Assembly (NCBI GenBank): GCA_016212705.1
Contig: JACREU010000002.1
Location: 1,835 to 65,834 of the forward strand
DNA length: 64,000 nt
Source: Deltaproteobacteria bacterium
Lineage (GTDB): Bacteria > Desulfobacterota > GWC2-55-46
Direction: 5' to 3'
Positions 47,126-56,878 of this stretch are shown here, piece by piece. The notes beneath the pieces were generated by a model. The model made no database searches, was not told the DNA's origin, and saw nothing but the letters and a program-made list of their open reading frames with translations. The position numbers were made by a program, and so were the translations under genes. Position 1 is the stretch's first letter, and the number at the start of each line of letters is the position of its first letter.

Positions 47126-48130
47126 TTAACTGTCGTACTTCTCCGATATCGCCTGCGGAAGCCCTGCAACCTTCGGCCTTAGCCCTTTTATCGACCTGTA
47201 AACGGCTATGAATGCGAAGGAGAAGGCGACGGCAACGAAGACCTGCCAGAATATGCCTCCGTAATATGCGGCGAGCGAGGCCGCGCCGATAAGGAGCTGG
47301 AGTACGCAATAGACGAGCGACACGACCCAGTGCCGGTACCCGAGCTCGTTGGCGAGGTACTGGTAGAGATGGCTCCTGTGGGCTAAGGCGATGCGCTCAC
47401 CAGTCCTGAAACGCAGGTACAGCGTCACAATCGCATCCGCGTAAAAGAGGCTCAGGAACATCCCCATGCAGATAAGGTCTTTGAGGCCCTCAGTCAGCCT
47501 GAACGCGAAGAGGGCGAAGAGAAAACCGAGGAACATGGAACCCGCGTCGCCCATGAACGTCCGCGCCCTTGGCAAATTGAACGGCAGGAACCCGATGCAG
47601 GCCGCGGCGATTGCGAGGGAAATGACGCTTATGGCATGGTCAGCGCCGGTGAGGAATGCAAAGACCGAGAGTAGCGTGAAGGCCGCTGCGCCGGTCAGCC
47701 CTGCAATGCCGTTAATCCCGTCCATGAAGTTATAGAAGTTAGCCGTACCGGTCATGAATATGACCCAGAAGACAAACAAGGCCGCGCCGTAGACGCCCAA
47801 CTCCATGTAGGGCAGTACGACGACGGCGGAGATCAGTAGCTCGATTGAGAGCCTTAAGGAAGGAGAGAGGCTGAACGAGTCCTCGATCAACCCGAGCAGA
47901 CCCATGCCGAAGCCGATGATCGTGTCAAAAAAAACACCGGTGACGTATACGCCGACGATTAGAAAGGCGAGAACGATCCCTATGCCGCCCCCCCTCGGCG
48001 TGGGCACGGTATGAGAGCTCCTTTCGGAGGGCTCGTCATACATGGCGAGTCTTCTACCCGATGCGCTTACAAAAGCCGCTCCGGCCGCTCCGACAAAAAA
48101 GCCCGTCAACACAAGCGCGGTATCCATCAT
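47126..48130 (-). CDS. WecA/WbpL-type (MraY-like) polyprenyl-phosphate sugar-1-phosphate transferase
   Basis: RSSHTVPTPRGGG, NFYNFMDGING, FMGDAGS and AHRSHLYQ. Confidence 0.93.
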   Translation of the reverse strand: MMDTALVLTGFFVGAAGAAFVSASGRRLAMYDEPSERSSHTVPTPRGGGIGIVLAFLIVGVYVTGVFFDTIIGFGMGLLGLIEDSFSLSPSLRLSIELLISAVVVLPYMELGVYGAALFVFWVIFMTGTANFYNFMDGINGIAGLTGAAAFTLLSVFAFLTGADHAISVISLAIAAACIGFLPFNLPRARTFMGDAGSMFLGFLFALFAFRLTEGLKDLICMGMFLSLFYADAIVTLYLRFRTGERIALAHRSHLYQYLANELGYRHWVVSLVYCVLQLLIGAASLAAYYGGIFWQVFVAVAFSFAFIAVYRSIKGLRPKVAGLPQAISEKYDS

Positions 48131-48171
48131 TTGGCACCTCTTATACCTTGATATTTACAGTCCACCTGCCG

Positions 48172-49329
48172 TCAGGCCCTGCCTGCCTTTTCCCACGCCG
48201 GTTTCTGCGCGCCAAGGACCGCCTTTATAAAGCCTATGAGGAGCGCGAGGTTCAGGTTGCATAAATAAAAAGGTATGTAGACGAAAAAGGGGAGACTCCT
48301 TGCCCTTGACGCCGCGAGCCCCAGGAGGGCCGTGGAATAGAAGATTGCCTGGATATAAAAAAGCGTCTCGAATAAGGCGCCGTCGAGCAGGCGCATGTTG
48401 AGGAAGATGAGCGCGACCATTATGAACGGGACCGCCCACCTGAGCACCCTGTGCGACCAGTATATGAACGAGCGCGCGCCGAGCGCCGGATTGAGGAGCG
48501 CCAACAGGTGGAGCATCGCGATATAGTGGCCGGCCCCGTCCCTCACGTGCCTCATGAACTCCCCGCTGGCGTCTTCCGCGACGTCCTCATAGGCCAGCGC
48601 CTCTTCCTCGTATATAGACAGCCGGCCTTTTTCCACGACCTTCATCGAGATGGTGAAATCGTCGTTTATCGCGGACTTCTCAAGCGGCTCGAAAAGCTCT
48701 CTTCGAATGGCGTATATCGCGCCGTTCGCGCCTGCTACATACCCGATCCTCGATTCAAACCTCTTGAGCATCGCCTCGTACCTCCAGTACGCACCCTCGC
48801 CCCTGCCGCTTATGTTTCCGGACGGGTTCCTGTATACGAGCCTCCCAGAGACGCACCCTACGTCGGGGTCGAGAAAGCGTCGGGAGAGCCTTTTGAGCGC
48901 GTTTTTTTCAAGCTCGGTGTTGGCGTCGGTAAAGACCGCAATGTCGGAGGCGACCTCGCGCATAGCGGCGTTTATCGCGCTACCCTTCCCTGACCTCGGC
49001 AGGCTCAAGAGACGGATATTCCCGAACTTGCCTGCGTACCCGCTCACAATGCCATTGGTCGAGTCGCTTGACCCGTCAGAGGCGATAATGACGGTAAGGA
49101 GCCCTTGCGGGTAGTCGAGCGCAAGAGAGTTCTCTATTTTTTTCGCAATTACAGCCTCTTCGTTGTACGCCGCGATGACGAGCGTCGCGGCAGGCAAGGC
49201 GCGAGCCGCTCCGTTTTCATGGTACTTGCGCTCAGGCCCGAGCCGAGCTACCGCGATAAGCGCAAGCGGGTAGACCGCGTATGTATACGCTATCGTCGCG
49301 AGCCCCGCCCAGAAAACGACCTCAAGCAT
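48172..49329 (-). CDS. Family 2 glycosyltransferase with TM segments
   Basis: IAAYNEE, SDGSSD, FTDAN, GANGAIYA and NDDF. Confidence 0.93.
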   Translation of the reverse strand: MLEVVFWAGLATIAYTYAVYPLALIAVARLGPERKYHENGAARALPAATLVIAAYNEEAVIAKKIENSLALDYPQGLLTVIIASDGSSDSTNGIVSGYAGKFGNIRLLSLPRSGKGSAINAAMREVASDIAVFTDANTELEKNALKRLSRRFLDPDVGCVSGRLVYRNPSGNISGRGEGAYWRYEAMLKRFESRIGYVAGANGAIYAIRRELFEPLEKSAINDDFTISMKVVEKGRLSIYEEEALAYEDVAEDASGEFMRHVRDGAGHYIAMLHLLALLNPALGARSFIYWSHRVLRWAVPFIMVALIFLNMRLLDGALFETLFYIQAIFYSTALLGLAASRARSLPFFVYIPFYLCNLNLALLIGFIKAVLGAQKPAWEKAGRA

Positions 49330-49334
49330 ATCCC

Positions 49335-50780
49335 TTAGCCCTCCCTCAAAAGGTATTTTGCGAATACGCGGGCGGATTTGACGGTCTTTTTCATCTCCTC
49401 AGGCGACCTTAAGACCCGGAGGAGTTTACGCGCAAGGTATCTGGGCCCCAGGTAGTATTCCCTGCGGGCGCGTCCGCAGAACCTGACCAAATCTTCTGAC
49501 GAGAGCGCTGGTGTGGAAACCACACAGTTGTGGAGGCCTTCGGAAGTGAGCCACTTGCTGAAGTCCGTCGTCTCAAGGTAGCCGTTCCTCCTCGCCCACT
49601 CGTAAGTCTCTGTACCCGGATAAACCATCAAAGGAAAGAACTGGCAGGTATCGGCGTTTATTTCTCTCGCGAACGCAAGCGACTTAAGAAGCGTGTCTTT
49701 CGTCTCCCCGGGGTTCCCGGCCATGAAGCAGGAATGGAGCATAACGCCCGCCTTTCTCGCGTCCTTGACAAAGGTCCTCATGCGCTCAATTGTCAGCCCT
49801 TTTTTTATGTTCTTTAATATCCCGTCGTCCGCGGACTCGAAACCGACTACGATGAGCCTGCAACCGGCCCGCTTCATCGCCCGCATCGTATCAAGACTCA
49901 GATTGGCGCGGCACTCGACGGTCCAGGGGACCTTTACGCGCCTTTTTAACATCAGCTCTGAGAACTCTACCGTATGCTTTTCATTGAACGAGAACGTGTC
50001 GTCGTCGATCAGGACCTCCCTCACCTCAGGGAGCTCTCGTTCTATATACTCAAACTCGGAGACTATGTTCTCAGGGGTCCTCTGCCTCTGCCTCCTCCCG
50101 AACATCTTTTCCGGGTATACGCAGTACGAGCACCGCGCGTTGCACCCCCTGGAAGTAAAGATGGACACGACCGGATACCTGCAGTGGGCGTAGAAGTAGT
50201 TCCTTATGTTCAGGTGTTTTTTGTAGACCTTTGATACGAACGGCAGGGAGTCGAGGTCTTCGATAAAGGCCCGATCCGGGCCTGAGATTATCGTTTCTCC
50301 GTCCCTGTATGTGAGGCCGCTGACGGCCTCAAGGCCGCCCTTTTCCATGAGCCTTTCGGCAAGCTCGGCTATGGTCAAGTCGTACTCGCCCCTTGCGACG
50401 GCGTCAACGCGCCTGTCGAGGGCGAGGGATTCCTCCGGCAGCGCCGAGACGTGAGGGCCTGTCAACACGACAAAGCTCGACGGCAGGAGGTCTTTTATCT
50501 CTCCGGCGACAGAGCAGTCGTTATAGATGCTCGGCGTACCGGTGTAGACGACGACTATCTCCGGGGAAAAGCCGTTTACCGCCTTCAATGTCTCGCCCCT
50601 TGTGAGCCCTTCGGCAGGTGCGTCGATGATCATAACCGTATGCCCTCTGTCCTCAAGCAACCCGGCGGCATAGGCGTGCCATATCGGATAATAGATCGTC
50701 CCGCTCTTCGTAACGGCAGGAGAGCGAGAGAACCTTGAGTACCTCGGCAGGAACGGCGGATTAAGGAAAAGCACCTTCAT
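49335..50780 (-). CDS. B12-binding radical SAM enzyme (HpnJ-like N-terminus)
   Basis: MKVLFLNPPF...YYPIWHAY, GPHVSALPEE, RGEYD, SRGCNARCSYC, DDDTF and GFES. Confidence 0.9.
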   Translation of the reverse strand: MKVLFLNPPFLPRYSRFSRSPAVTKSGTIYYPIWHAYAAGLLEDRGHTVMIIDAPAEGLTRGETLKAVNGFSPEIVVVYTGTPSIYNDCSVAGEIKDLLPSSFVVLTGPHVSALPEESLALDRRVDAVARGEYDLTIAELAERLMEKGGLEAVSGLTYRDGETIISGPDRAFIEDLDSLPFVSKVYKKHLNIRNYFYAHCRYPVVSIFTSRGCNARCSYCVYPEKMFGRRQRQRTPENIVSEFEYIERELPEVREVLIDDDTFSFNEKHTVEFSELMLKRRVKVPWTVECRANLSLDTMRAMKRAGCRLIVVGFESADDGILKNIKKGLTIERMRTFVKDARKAGVMLHSCFMAGNPGETKDTLLKSLAFAREINADTCQFFPLMVYPGTETYEWARRNGYLETTDFSKWLTSEGLHNCVVSTPALSSEDLVRFCGRARREYYLGPRYLARKLLRVLRSPEEMKKTVKSARVFAKYLLREG

Positions 50781-52219
50781 CGTGTCCCTCCCCTGAAACG
50801 TACCCTGTCGGATAATTTCCTCAAGGCATTGTTGTTGAAGAAGAGCCTCTGGAAGGCCATCGTGGAGCCGATATACGAGAGCGGGTACTTAAATGGGCCG
50901 TACCTCTCGAAGACCCTCTCTATCCCTTTTTTCTGGATATTCAGTGTAACGTCTCGGAGCCTTTTCGCTAGCGCCTCCCTCTCCTCAATGGATAGCTCGG
51001 GGGTAGTAAAGAAAGGTTTGCCTGTTTTTTTAGAGAACCGCAAGTTCTTGTCCATGCTGTTAAGGAGTTCGAGCGGGTCGGCGGTCCAGGCTTTTTTTCC
51101 CTCAACCCAGTCCCAGAGCGCGGTCCCCGGAAAGGGCATCAGGTTGTAAAAATCGGCCTTGAATACCGGGTACTTCCGCGCTATTTTTATTGAGTCTTCT
51201 ATGTCTTCGACCGTCTCCCCAGGAGTGCCGTATACGAAAAAGAGCGAGACCTCGAACCCGAGCTCACAGCTTAACTTTATCGCCGACTCTATCTCGGCCA
51301 TCGTCTCGCCTTTTTTGAGGGTCTTAAGGACCTTGTCGTTACCGGCCTCAACGCCTATGCCGAAGCTCTTGAAGCCGGCCTCTTTCATGCGCACAAGCAT
51401 CTCCCGCTCGATCTTATCGGCCCTTATGCCGTTAGATGCCCTCAAGGTGAGACCCTTGAGCCCCCGCTTCTCTATCTCGTCGCAGAGGGCGAATACCCGC
51501 TCTCTATAGAAGGTGAAGTTGTCGTCGAGGAAGTTGAATATGCGCGTGCCTTTCGCGTACCAGAATTCGAGCTCGGAGCCTATGCCCTCTATCGACCTCG
51601 TCCTTATCTCTTTTCCGAGCGTGAGCCCGACCGAGCAGAATATGCACGAGTACGGGCACCCGCGGGACGTGATTACGCCCATCTCGTTGGCGTACTTATC
51701 AAGCTCGAATTTTTCATACCTCGGCCAGCCTATGGCGTCGAGGTCGCCGGGCCTCTCTAAGGGATTCGCGCATACGCCCTTAGCCCCGTCCCTGTACACG
51801 ACGCCGGGTATGGAGGACGGCTCCTCGCCCTTGAGGTAACGGACGAGCGAGCGCTCAGCCTCTCCGGTAAACGCGATATCGACCTTCGGATATTCTTCAA
51901 GTATCTTCCTGCCGAGTATCGTCACATGAGGGCCGCCAGCAATAGTCGCGACACCTGGGCACGCGTCCTTGATCGCGCCGAGGAGGCCGAAGAACCTCTT
52001 GTGCCCCACGGTGTATACGGTTGTCCCGACGCAGTCGTAGCCGCCTTTCCTTACCCTCTCGATAACATCGTCTTCCGAGTAGCCGAGCTTCATGTCGATC
52101 ACATCGTAATCGATGCCCTCATCAGCCAGCGCCTCCGCGAGATAGCCGGTGCCGAGCGGCGGCCTGCTCGACCCAAGCTCGTCCGAATAGACGTTATAAA
52201 GGAGCAGTACCCTCTTCAA
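50777..52219 (-). CDS. B12-binding radical SAM enzyme
   Basis: PPLGTGYLA, AGGPHVT, GEAE, TSRGCPYSCIFC, DDNF and GTPGET. Confidence 0.92.
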   Translation of the reverse strand: MKRVLLLYNVYSDELGSSRPPLGTGYLAEALADEGIDYDVIDMKLGYSEDDVIERVRKGGYDCVGTTVYTVGHKRFFGLLGAIKDACPGVATIAGGPHVTILGRKILEEYPKVDIAFTGEAERSLVRYLKGEEPSSIPGVVYRDGAKGVCANPLERPGDLDAIGWPRYEKFELDKYANEMGVITSRGCPYSCIFCSVGLTLGKEIRTRSIEGIGSELEFWYAKGTRIFNFLDDNFTFYRERVFALCDEIEKRGLKGLTLRASNGIRADKIEREMLVRMKEAGFKSFGIGVEAGNDKVLKTLKKGETMAEIESAIKLSCELGFEVSLFFVYGTPGETVEDIEDSIKIARKYPVFKADFYNLMPFPGTALWDWVEGKKAWTADPLELLNSMDKNLRFSKKTGKPFFTTPELSIEEREALAKRLRDVTLNIQKKGIERVFERYGPFKYPLSYIGSTMAFQRLFFNNNALRKLSDRVRFRGGTR

Positions 52220-53441
52220 TCGACGTCCCTCCCTTGAGTAGCGACTTCGCCTCCATAAAGACCTCTTCAGCGGTTATGTCGGATATGCACCTGCCTGCGC
52301 CCCCTCCCTTATTGTGCACGCATCCGAATTGCCAGCACGGGGAGCATGGATATGCCTTGTATACGACCCTTTCGCGGCCGGCTGACCTCGGCCCGAAGAC
52401 CTCAGGCGACTGCGGCCCCATGAGCGCCACCACAGGGATGCCTGCGGAGGCCGCTATGTGCATGGGGCCGCTGTCGAGACCTATGAAAAGCGAGCCTTTC
52501 TCAAAGACCGCCTTCAGTCCGGCTATCTCGAAGGCCCCGCAGCCGTTCACCACGCGCCCTGACGGGTGTTTTATACGCGCCATGACCCTTCCCGCCCTTT
52601 CGTAATCCGACTTTGCCCCGATAAGGGTAATGTCGAGCTTTCCATCGAGTTCAAGGAGCCTTTCGGATACTTCCGAGAACCTCTCCTCTGGCCATCTCCG
52701 GAGTTCCCCTCCTGAGCCGATATGGATGAATATCCTCTCGTCCGCCTCTTCATCCACTGACCTGGCGGCCCCTTCCGATTCGCGCGCCCCTCTTTCTTTT
52801 TCGTGATGCTTTATCCCACCGACCGCCATGATGGAGTCGACGAAGTGCTGGCAACTAACTTTTTTATTTATACGCGGCCCGGTCTCCCCATCGAGCCCTC
52901 CCCTCATCAGCGAGAGCCATGAAGACCTCATGGGGTTCGGGAATGCGGCTACACTCCTTAAAGGCACCCTATTGCCGACAAGCCACCTGAATGTCCGTCC
53001 GTCGCCGCGCAGCCAGAGCGCGCAATTGAATCCGTGGCCGGAAAGCGCCCTTGCCGGGAAAGCCGTTCTTTTTTGAGACCTGGAGTATTTTTCGGAGTCG
53101 TAGACGTATGTCTTCTCTATCCCCTCGCAAGTTCGGGCGAGGTTTGAGTTTATCGAATCGATGAGGACCGAGATGCGTATGGAGTCGCCGTGCTTTTTTC
53201 TGAGGGCGTCTATGAGGTGAATGGTGAGCACAAAATCGCCTATCGCTCCGAGCTGTACGATAAGGAGATCGCCGTTCACTGCGGCGACCGGCATGAGCCG
53301 TTCGTATGCCCTCAGCAGGAGGGCCTGCGCGTATGAGCCGAGCGACAGCGCGATCGATCTTGAGATAAACGAGTATCTATGCAATGCGCCCCCGGTTACG
53401 GCTTTGATTAACGCCAATGGACGGGTGAGACGGCTGTGCAA
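52194..53441 (-). CDS. Family 9 (heptosyltransferase-like) glycosyltransferase (start uncertain)
   Basis: LGAIGDFVL, RRWPEERF, FIGLDSGPMHIAA and CSPC...C...C. Confidence 0.9.
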   Translation of the reverse strand: MHSRLTRPLALIKAVTGGALHRYSFISRSIALSLGSYAQALLLRAYERLMPVAAVNGDLLIVQLGAIGDFVLTIHLIDALRKKHGDSIRISVLIDSINSNLARTCEGIEKTYVYDSEKYSRSQKRTAFPARALSGHGFNCALWLRGDGRTFRWLVGNRVPLRSVAAFPNPMRSSWLSLMRGGLDGETGPRINKKVSCQHFVDSIMAVGGIKHHEKERGARESEGAARSVDEEADERIFIHIGSGGELRRWPEERFSEVSERLLELDGKLDITLIGAKSDYERAGRVMARIKHPSGRVVNGCGAFEIAGLKAVFEKGSLFIGLDSGPMHIAASAGIPVVALMGPQSPEVFGPRSAGRERVVYKAYPCSPCWQFGCVHNKGGGAGRCISDITAEEVFMEAKSLLKGGTSIEEGTAPL

Positions 53442-53604
53442 AAAAAACAGACGTCTGTCCCAGGGGACAAAGTTGAGTTTTCCAGGTGATTGGCTTTAAG
53501 GCTCAGATGAAGATCGAAGGTGTGAGTCGGGGAGTTTCAGGATGATGGAACGCCGGGGGCGTTTAGAGACCCACCCGGCTTAACATTGAATTTCAATTAA
53601 GTCG

Positions 53605-53632
53605 ATTATAGCATCTTTTATTAAAATGTAAA
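53605..53632 (-). promoter_or_regulatory. Internal sigma70 promoter (extended -10) for the GT9-to-wzi block
   Basis: Minus strand TTTACA-16 bp-TATAAT with TGn before the -10 box, and an AT-rich upstream tract. Confidence 0.7.
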
Positions 53633-53645
53633 GTAAAATATTAAA

Positions 53646-55049
53646 CTAAGATTTGCCATTTTTGAAGGCCATCATGCCAGCAACATACATGGCTATGAGA
53701 AGATTGAAGCATCCGATGTAGAATATAGACCCATAGGAATTGGCCGAAATCGCGAGCGCAACGAGCGATCCGCCGAATGAGAACCTGATGAAATCCAACT
53801 CGTTCGAGGCGATCCCCTTTCCGAGAGAATGGATTCGTAATCCGGTGAAGACGAGGAGCGCGAGCCCTATGACGCCTGTCTCGGCGGTCCACTCGATGTA
53901 CGAGTTTAGTATCGCCACCCTGAAGGCCTCGAAGTCAAGCGAACCGAAGTTTAAGTTTATGGACCCGGACACGGCCTTTGTGAGAAGAGGCGATTGACCT
54001 ATACCAACACCTGTAAACAGGTTGTCCGCTATCATCTCCATGCCTATCTTCCAGGTAAGGGTCCTGCTGTTAATGGTAAGCGCTTCGCTTATCAGCTTGC
54101 CGGTTATCGCCGAGCTTACGAACTCATGGAACGAGTATATGATGACGCCTATGAAAAGAGCGGCCCCCGCGAGCGCCCTCCCCTTGACTCCTTTTCTGAA
54201 TATCAGAAGGACTGAAAGAACGCTCAATATCATCGATACCGAAAAAGTGAGGGCGAGCGCGATGGCCGTAAGCGAGAGTATGAGCTTTAGCGTCCGTTTG
54301 GAGTATCGGCAACCCTCGTAGCCGTACCGTGTCGCTCCGATAACGGGGAATGTCATCGTAACGAGCAGTAGCCCGTAGGTCTGCGGCTCTCCGACGTATC
54401 CTCCAATCCTCAAAAAAGGGAATGTGATCACGCTCCCGAGCCTTACGCCCGCGGCCGCGTATAAGATGAACTGCAGGAGCCCGAAGCAGACGGCCGCTGT
54501 ATGGAGCTGTATGGCGAAGTTGATGGCGGTAGCGATCCTCTTTCTGCCGCTCAGGGCCGATATGACGAAGTCGATTGCGAATAGCGAAAGGAAGAGCCTT
54601 ATAAGGAACGAAAGCCCCCTGTACCCCGGGGAGTTGATGCCGACGGCCCAGGGCAGTGCGTAGCTCTCCGCAGGAAAGGCCTTCCCTGGGATGAGGCTCG
54701 ATAGCATTAGGGAGATGGACGCCCATATGAATATGAGAAACAAAGGCGCCTGCAACGGGTGTGGTTTGGGATCGAACGAGCCTTTTGCGAGTACTTCGAC
54801 GATGGATACCGCGAGCATGGCAACGGCAGTGAGGGATGAGGCGCTTATCGAGCCCAACTTCAGCGCATTGTCGTTCGACATAACGAAAGCTGAGGCTATG
54901 AAGGCCATGGTAAGAGCGAACCTGGGGTTTGCGCGGCCCGCGCGCGTCAAGGGATAAAACAGCGTGCCTTGGAAGCGGCCCGCCACGCTGTCTGCAAGCG
55001 CTACTGTCGCCTGCCTGTTTGCCTCTCTTGTCCCCTTCACCACTTCCAC
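53646..55049 (-). CDS. O-antigen ligase/polymerase family membrane protein (Wzy_C)
   Basis: About 11 TM segments, RIGGYVGEP, RTLTWKIG...FTGVGIG and NSYIEWTAETGVIG. Confidence 0.85.
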   Translation of the reverse strand: MEVVKGTREANRQATVALADSVAGRFQGTLFYPLTRAGRANPRFALTMAFIASAFVMSNDNALKLGSISASSLTAVAMLAVSIVEVLAKGSFDPKPHPLQAPLFLIFIWASISLMLSSLIPGKAFPAESYALPWAVGINSPGYRGLSFLIRLFLSLFAIDFVISALSGRKRIATAINFAIQLHTAAVCFGLLQFILYAAAGVRLGSVITFPFLRIGGYVGEPQTYGLLLVTMTFPVIGATRYGYEGCRYSKRTLKLILSLTAIALALTFSVSMILSVLSVLLIFRKGVKGRALAGAALFIGVIIYSFHEFVSSAITGKLISEALTINSRTLTWKIGMEMIADNLFTGVGIGQSPLLTKAVSGSINLNFGSLDFEAFRVAILNSYIEWTAETGVIGLALLVFTGLRIHSLGKGIASNELDFIRFSFGGSLVALAISANSYGSIFYIGCFNLLIAMYVAGMMAFKNGKS

Positions 55050-55090
55050 TCCCTCGATGCCGGACTCGTCAAAAAAAAACGCCTGCCGCC

Positions 55091-56743
55091 TTACCTCTTT
55101 CTGTATATCTGATAAGAGCCAAGTTCCATCACAGGTTCGAAGGCCAGGTCGATCTTCCGCATCTGATCAGGCGCGAGCCTCGCAAAATTGACCCTTCTCT
55201 CGATTATCCAGTCCCAATTGTTCAGGTCGCCGGAAAGGGCCGTCAGGGACCCTGCCTTACTGAATTCCATCCCTGTGTAGTACATTATGTCGCCGGGGAT
55301 GACTACCGCGCTCCAGGACGGGATTGCCGCCCTTACAAACCCTATCGTCTCTTTTGCGCCGGTCTCTCCGTACTGGACCCTTGTCTGGTACTGACCTGTC
55401 GCCTGTGACGCAAAGAGAGAGATGAAGGATGCGATGGAGAGCGCGACAAGCGTACTTCGAACCGTCGTTCCTGCGCGCCATCTGCAAAAAAGACGCGCCA
55501 TTGCAAAGACCGCCGCGTTCATCGCCGTGTAGACGAGGAGATAAGAGGCGAGCCCCGTATAATCGCGGACCCTGTAGCGCAGAAGCGTCTCATACATGGG
55601 GTCGCCTGCAATCACATAAAAGATGCCGGCAAAGACGGCAACCACAAGCAACGCAGGAGCGAAGCGCATCTCAATTAATTCGCGCCTGAGGGAGGTAAAA
55701 ACAAAGAGGGCCGATAACGGGTATAACGGGTAAAAATATTTAAGCTCTCCGAAGGGGTACGGGTGCAGGAATAAATAAAAAAAGAATATCGAAGTTATGA
55801 GGATCAGGAGGAGATTTTCTACGCCGCCGCGCCTCCATTCCTTAACGACACTGACAGCGGCAGTTAGGAATAGCGCTATGAAAAACGGACTCAACCAGAA
55901 CGTCATCGCCATTATCTTCGTAAGCGGCGAGAAGAACGCCACGCCTGAGGCAAATAGCGGCGCGCCCTCCTGAGTTTTATTGAAGGCGATGAATTCGAAG
56001 GAGTTGGGGCCGTCTATGAAAAAGTACGCGTATGCGAGGTAAAACGGAACGAACGTGACAAGGGCAGACGAGAGGATGAGGGCCGAGTTCCTTATGGCCC
56101 TCCTGATGCCGACGCCTGTGGTCGCCTCATAGACAAGCGTTGAGAAAACGAGGAGGAACGGCGTAAAAAAATATTTTGCCCACATGGCAAGACCAACAAG
56201 GAAACCGGCCTTGAGGTAAAAGGCCGTTGATGATTCTCCGATGGGGCGGCCCTTGATATAGTAGAGGAGCGCGATGAGGATAAGCGGGGTCAGCACAACC
56301 GGCTCCATCTCAAGGAGGAGCGAGCCGTGGACAAAGGGCGGCATAATGGCGATAAAGGCGAGCGCAAAAGGCGCGACCCCGCCTATATCAATCGCCTTCA
56401 TGATCCTCCAGAGGAGAAAGAGGCTCAAGACCGCGGAAGCGGCCCCCAGAAAATAGAGCGAGTGAAAACTGTCTCCCAACAGGGTCCGCGCGGCTTTCCC
56501 CATTAGCGCGTAGAGCGGCGGGTGGCAATAATAGGCGAGCGCCCTTCCCCAGCTCGCGGTGTCCCTGATGTGTATTACCTCCTCGTGCATCGGGAGCTGG
56601 AACAGGAACGGCGCCGCTAAGACGAGATAAATGGCGGCAGAGGTAGAAAACGGCCGGCCTTCCGTGAATGAGAGAGAGCGCTCCGAGGTTCCCTCCCACC
56701 CCCTCTTGTCGTTCGCCAGTGCTTTATCTATCGGGTCGCTCAT
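55091..56743 (-). CDS. GT-C (ArnT/GtrC-like) multi-pass glycosyltransferase
   Basis: ATG 56743 with GGAGGAG RBS; HEE after TM1, HPPLY, GLAMWAKY and KYFYPLYP. Confidence 0.75.
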   Translation of the reverse strand: MSDPIDKALANDKRGWEGTSERSLSFTEGRPFSTSAAIYLVLAAPFLFQLPMHEEVIHIRDTASWGRALAYYCHPPLYALMGKAARTLLGDSFHSLYFLGAASAVLSLFLLWRIMKAIDIGGVAPFALAFIAIMPPFVHGSLLLEMEPVVLTPLILIALLYYIKGRPIGESSTAFYLKAGFLVGLAMWAKYFFTPFLLVFSTLVYEATTGVGIRRAIRNSALILSSALVTFVPFYLAYAYFFIDGPNSFEFIAFNKTQEGAPLFASGVAFFSPLTKIMAMTFWLSPFFIALFLTAAVSVVKEWRRGGVENLLLILITSIFFFYLFLHPYPFGELKYFYPLYPLSALFVFTSLRRELIEMRFAPALLVVAVFAGIFYVIAGDPMYETLLRYRVRDYTGLASYLLVYTAMNAAVFAMARLFCRWRAGTTVRSTLVALSIASFISLFASQATGQYQTRVQYGETGAKETIGFVRAAIPSWSAVVIPGDIMYYTGMEFSKAGSLTALSGDLNNWDWIIERRVNFARLAPDQMRKIDLAFEPVMELGSYQIYRKR

Positions 56744-56771
56744 GGACTTCTCCTCCCGCGTTGATTCATTG

Positions 56772-56875
56772 CCGCCCACATGCGCCCACCCGCCCCCACA
56801 CCCATTAAACAAGGTATGCCGCTCCCCGCTATGCCACCCCACCCCACCCCACCTGCCCACCCACCTGCCCACCTG
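56772..56875 (-). repeat. G-rich short repeats (GGGGT x3, CAGGTGGG x3) forming two G-quadruplex-type clusters
   Basis: Six G3-G4 runs at 56837-56870 and five at about 56775-56803, read directly on the minus strand. Confidence 0.7.
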
Positions 56876-56878
56876 TTT

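Noticed and set aside
53442-53600. 6S RNA or cobalamin riboswitch
   Set aside because: No long terminal stem and no recognisable B12 box.
56772-56875. CRISPR array, or N-terminal extension of the GT-C protein
   Set aside because: Repeats are only 5-8 bp with no spacers, and a strong RBS supports ATG 56743. No CRISPR array was seen anywhere in the window.
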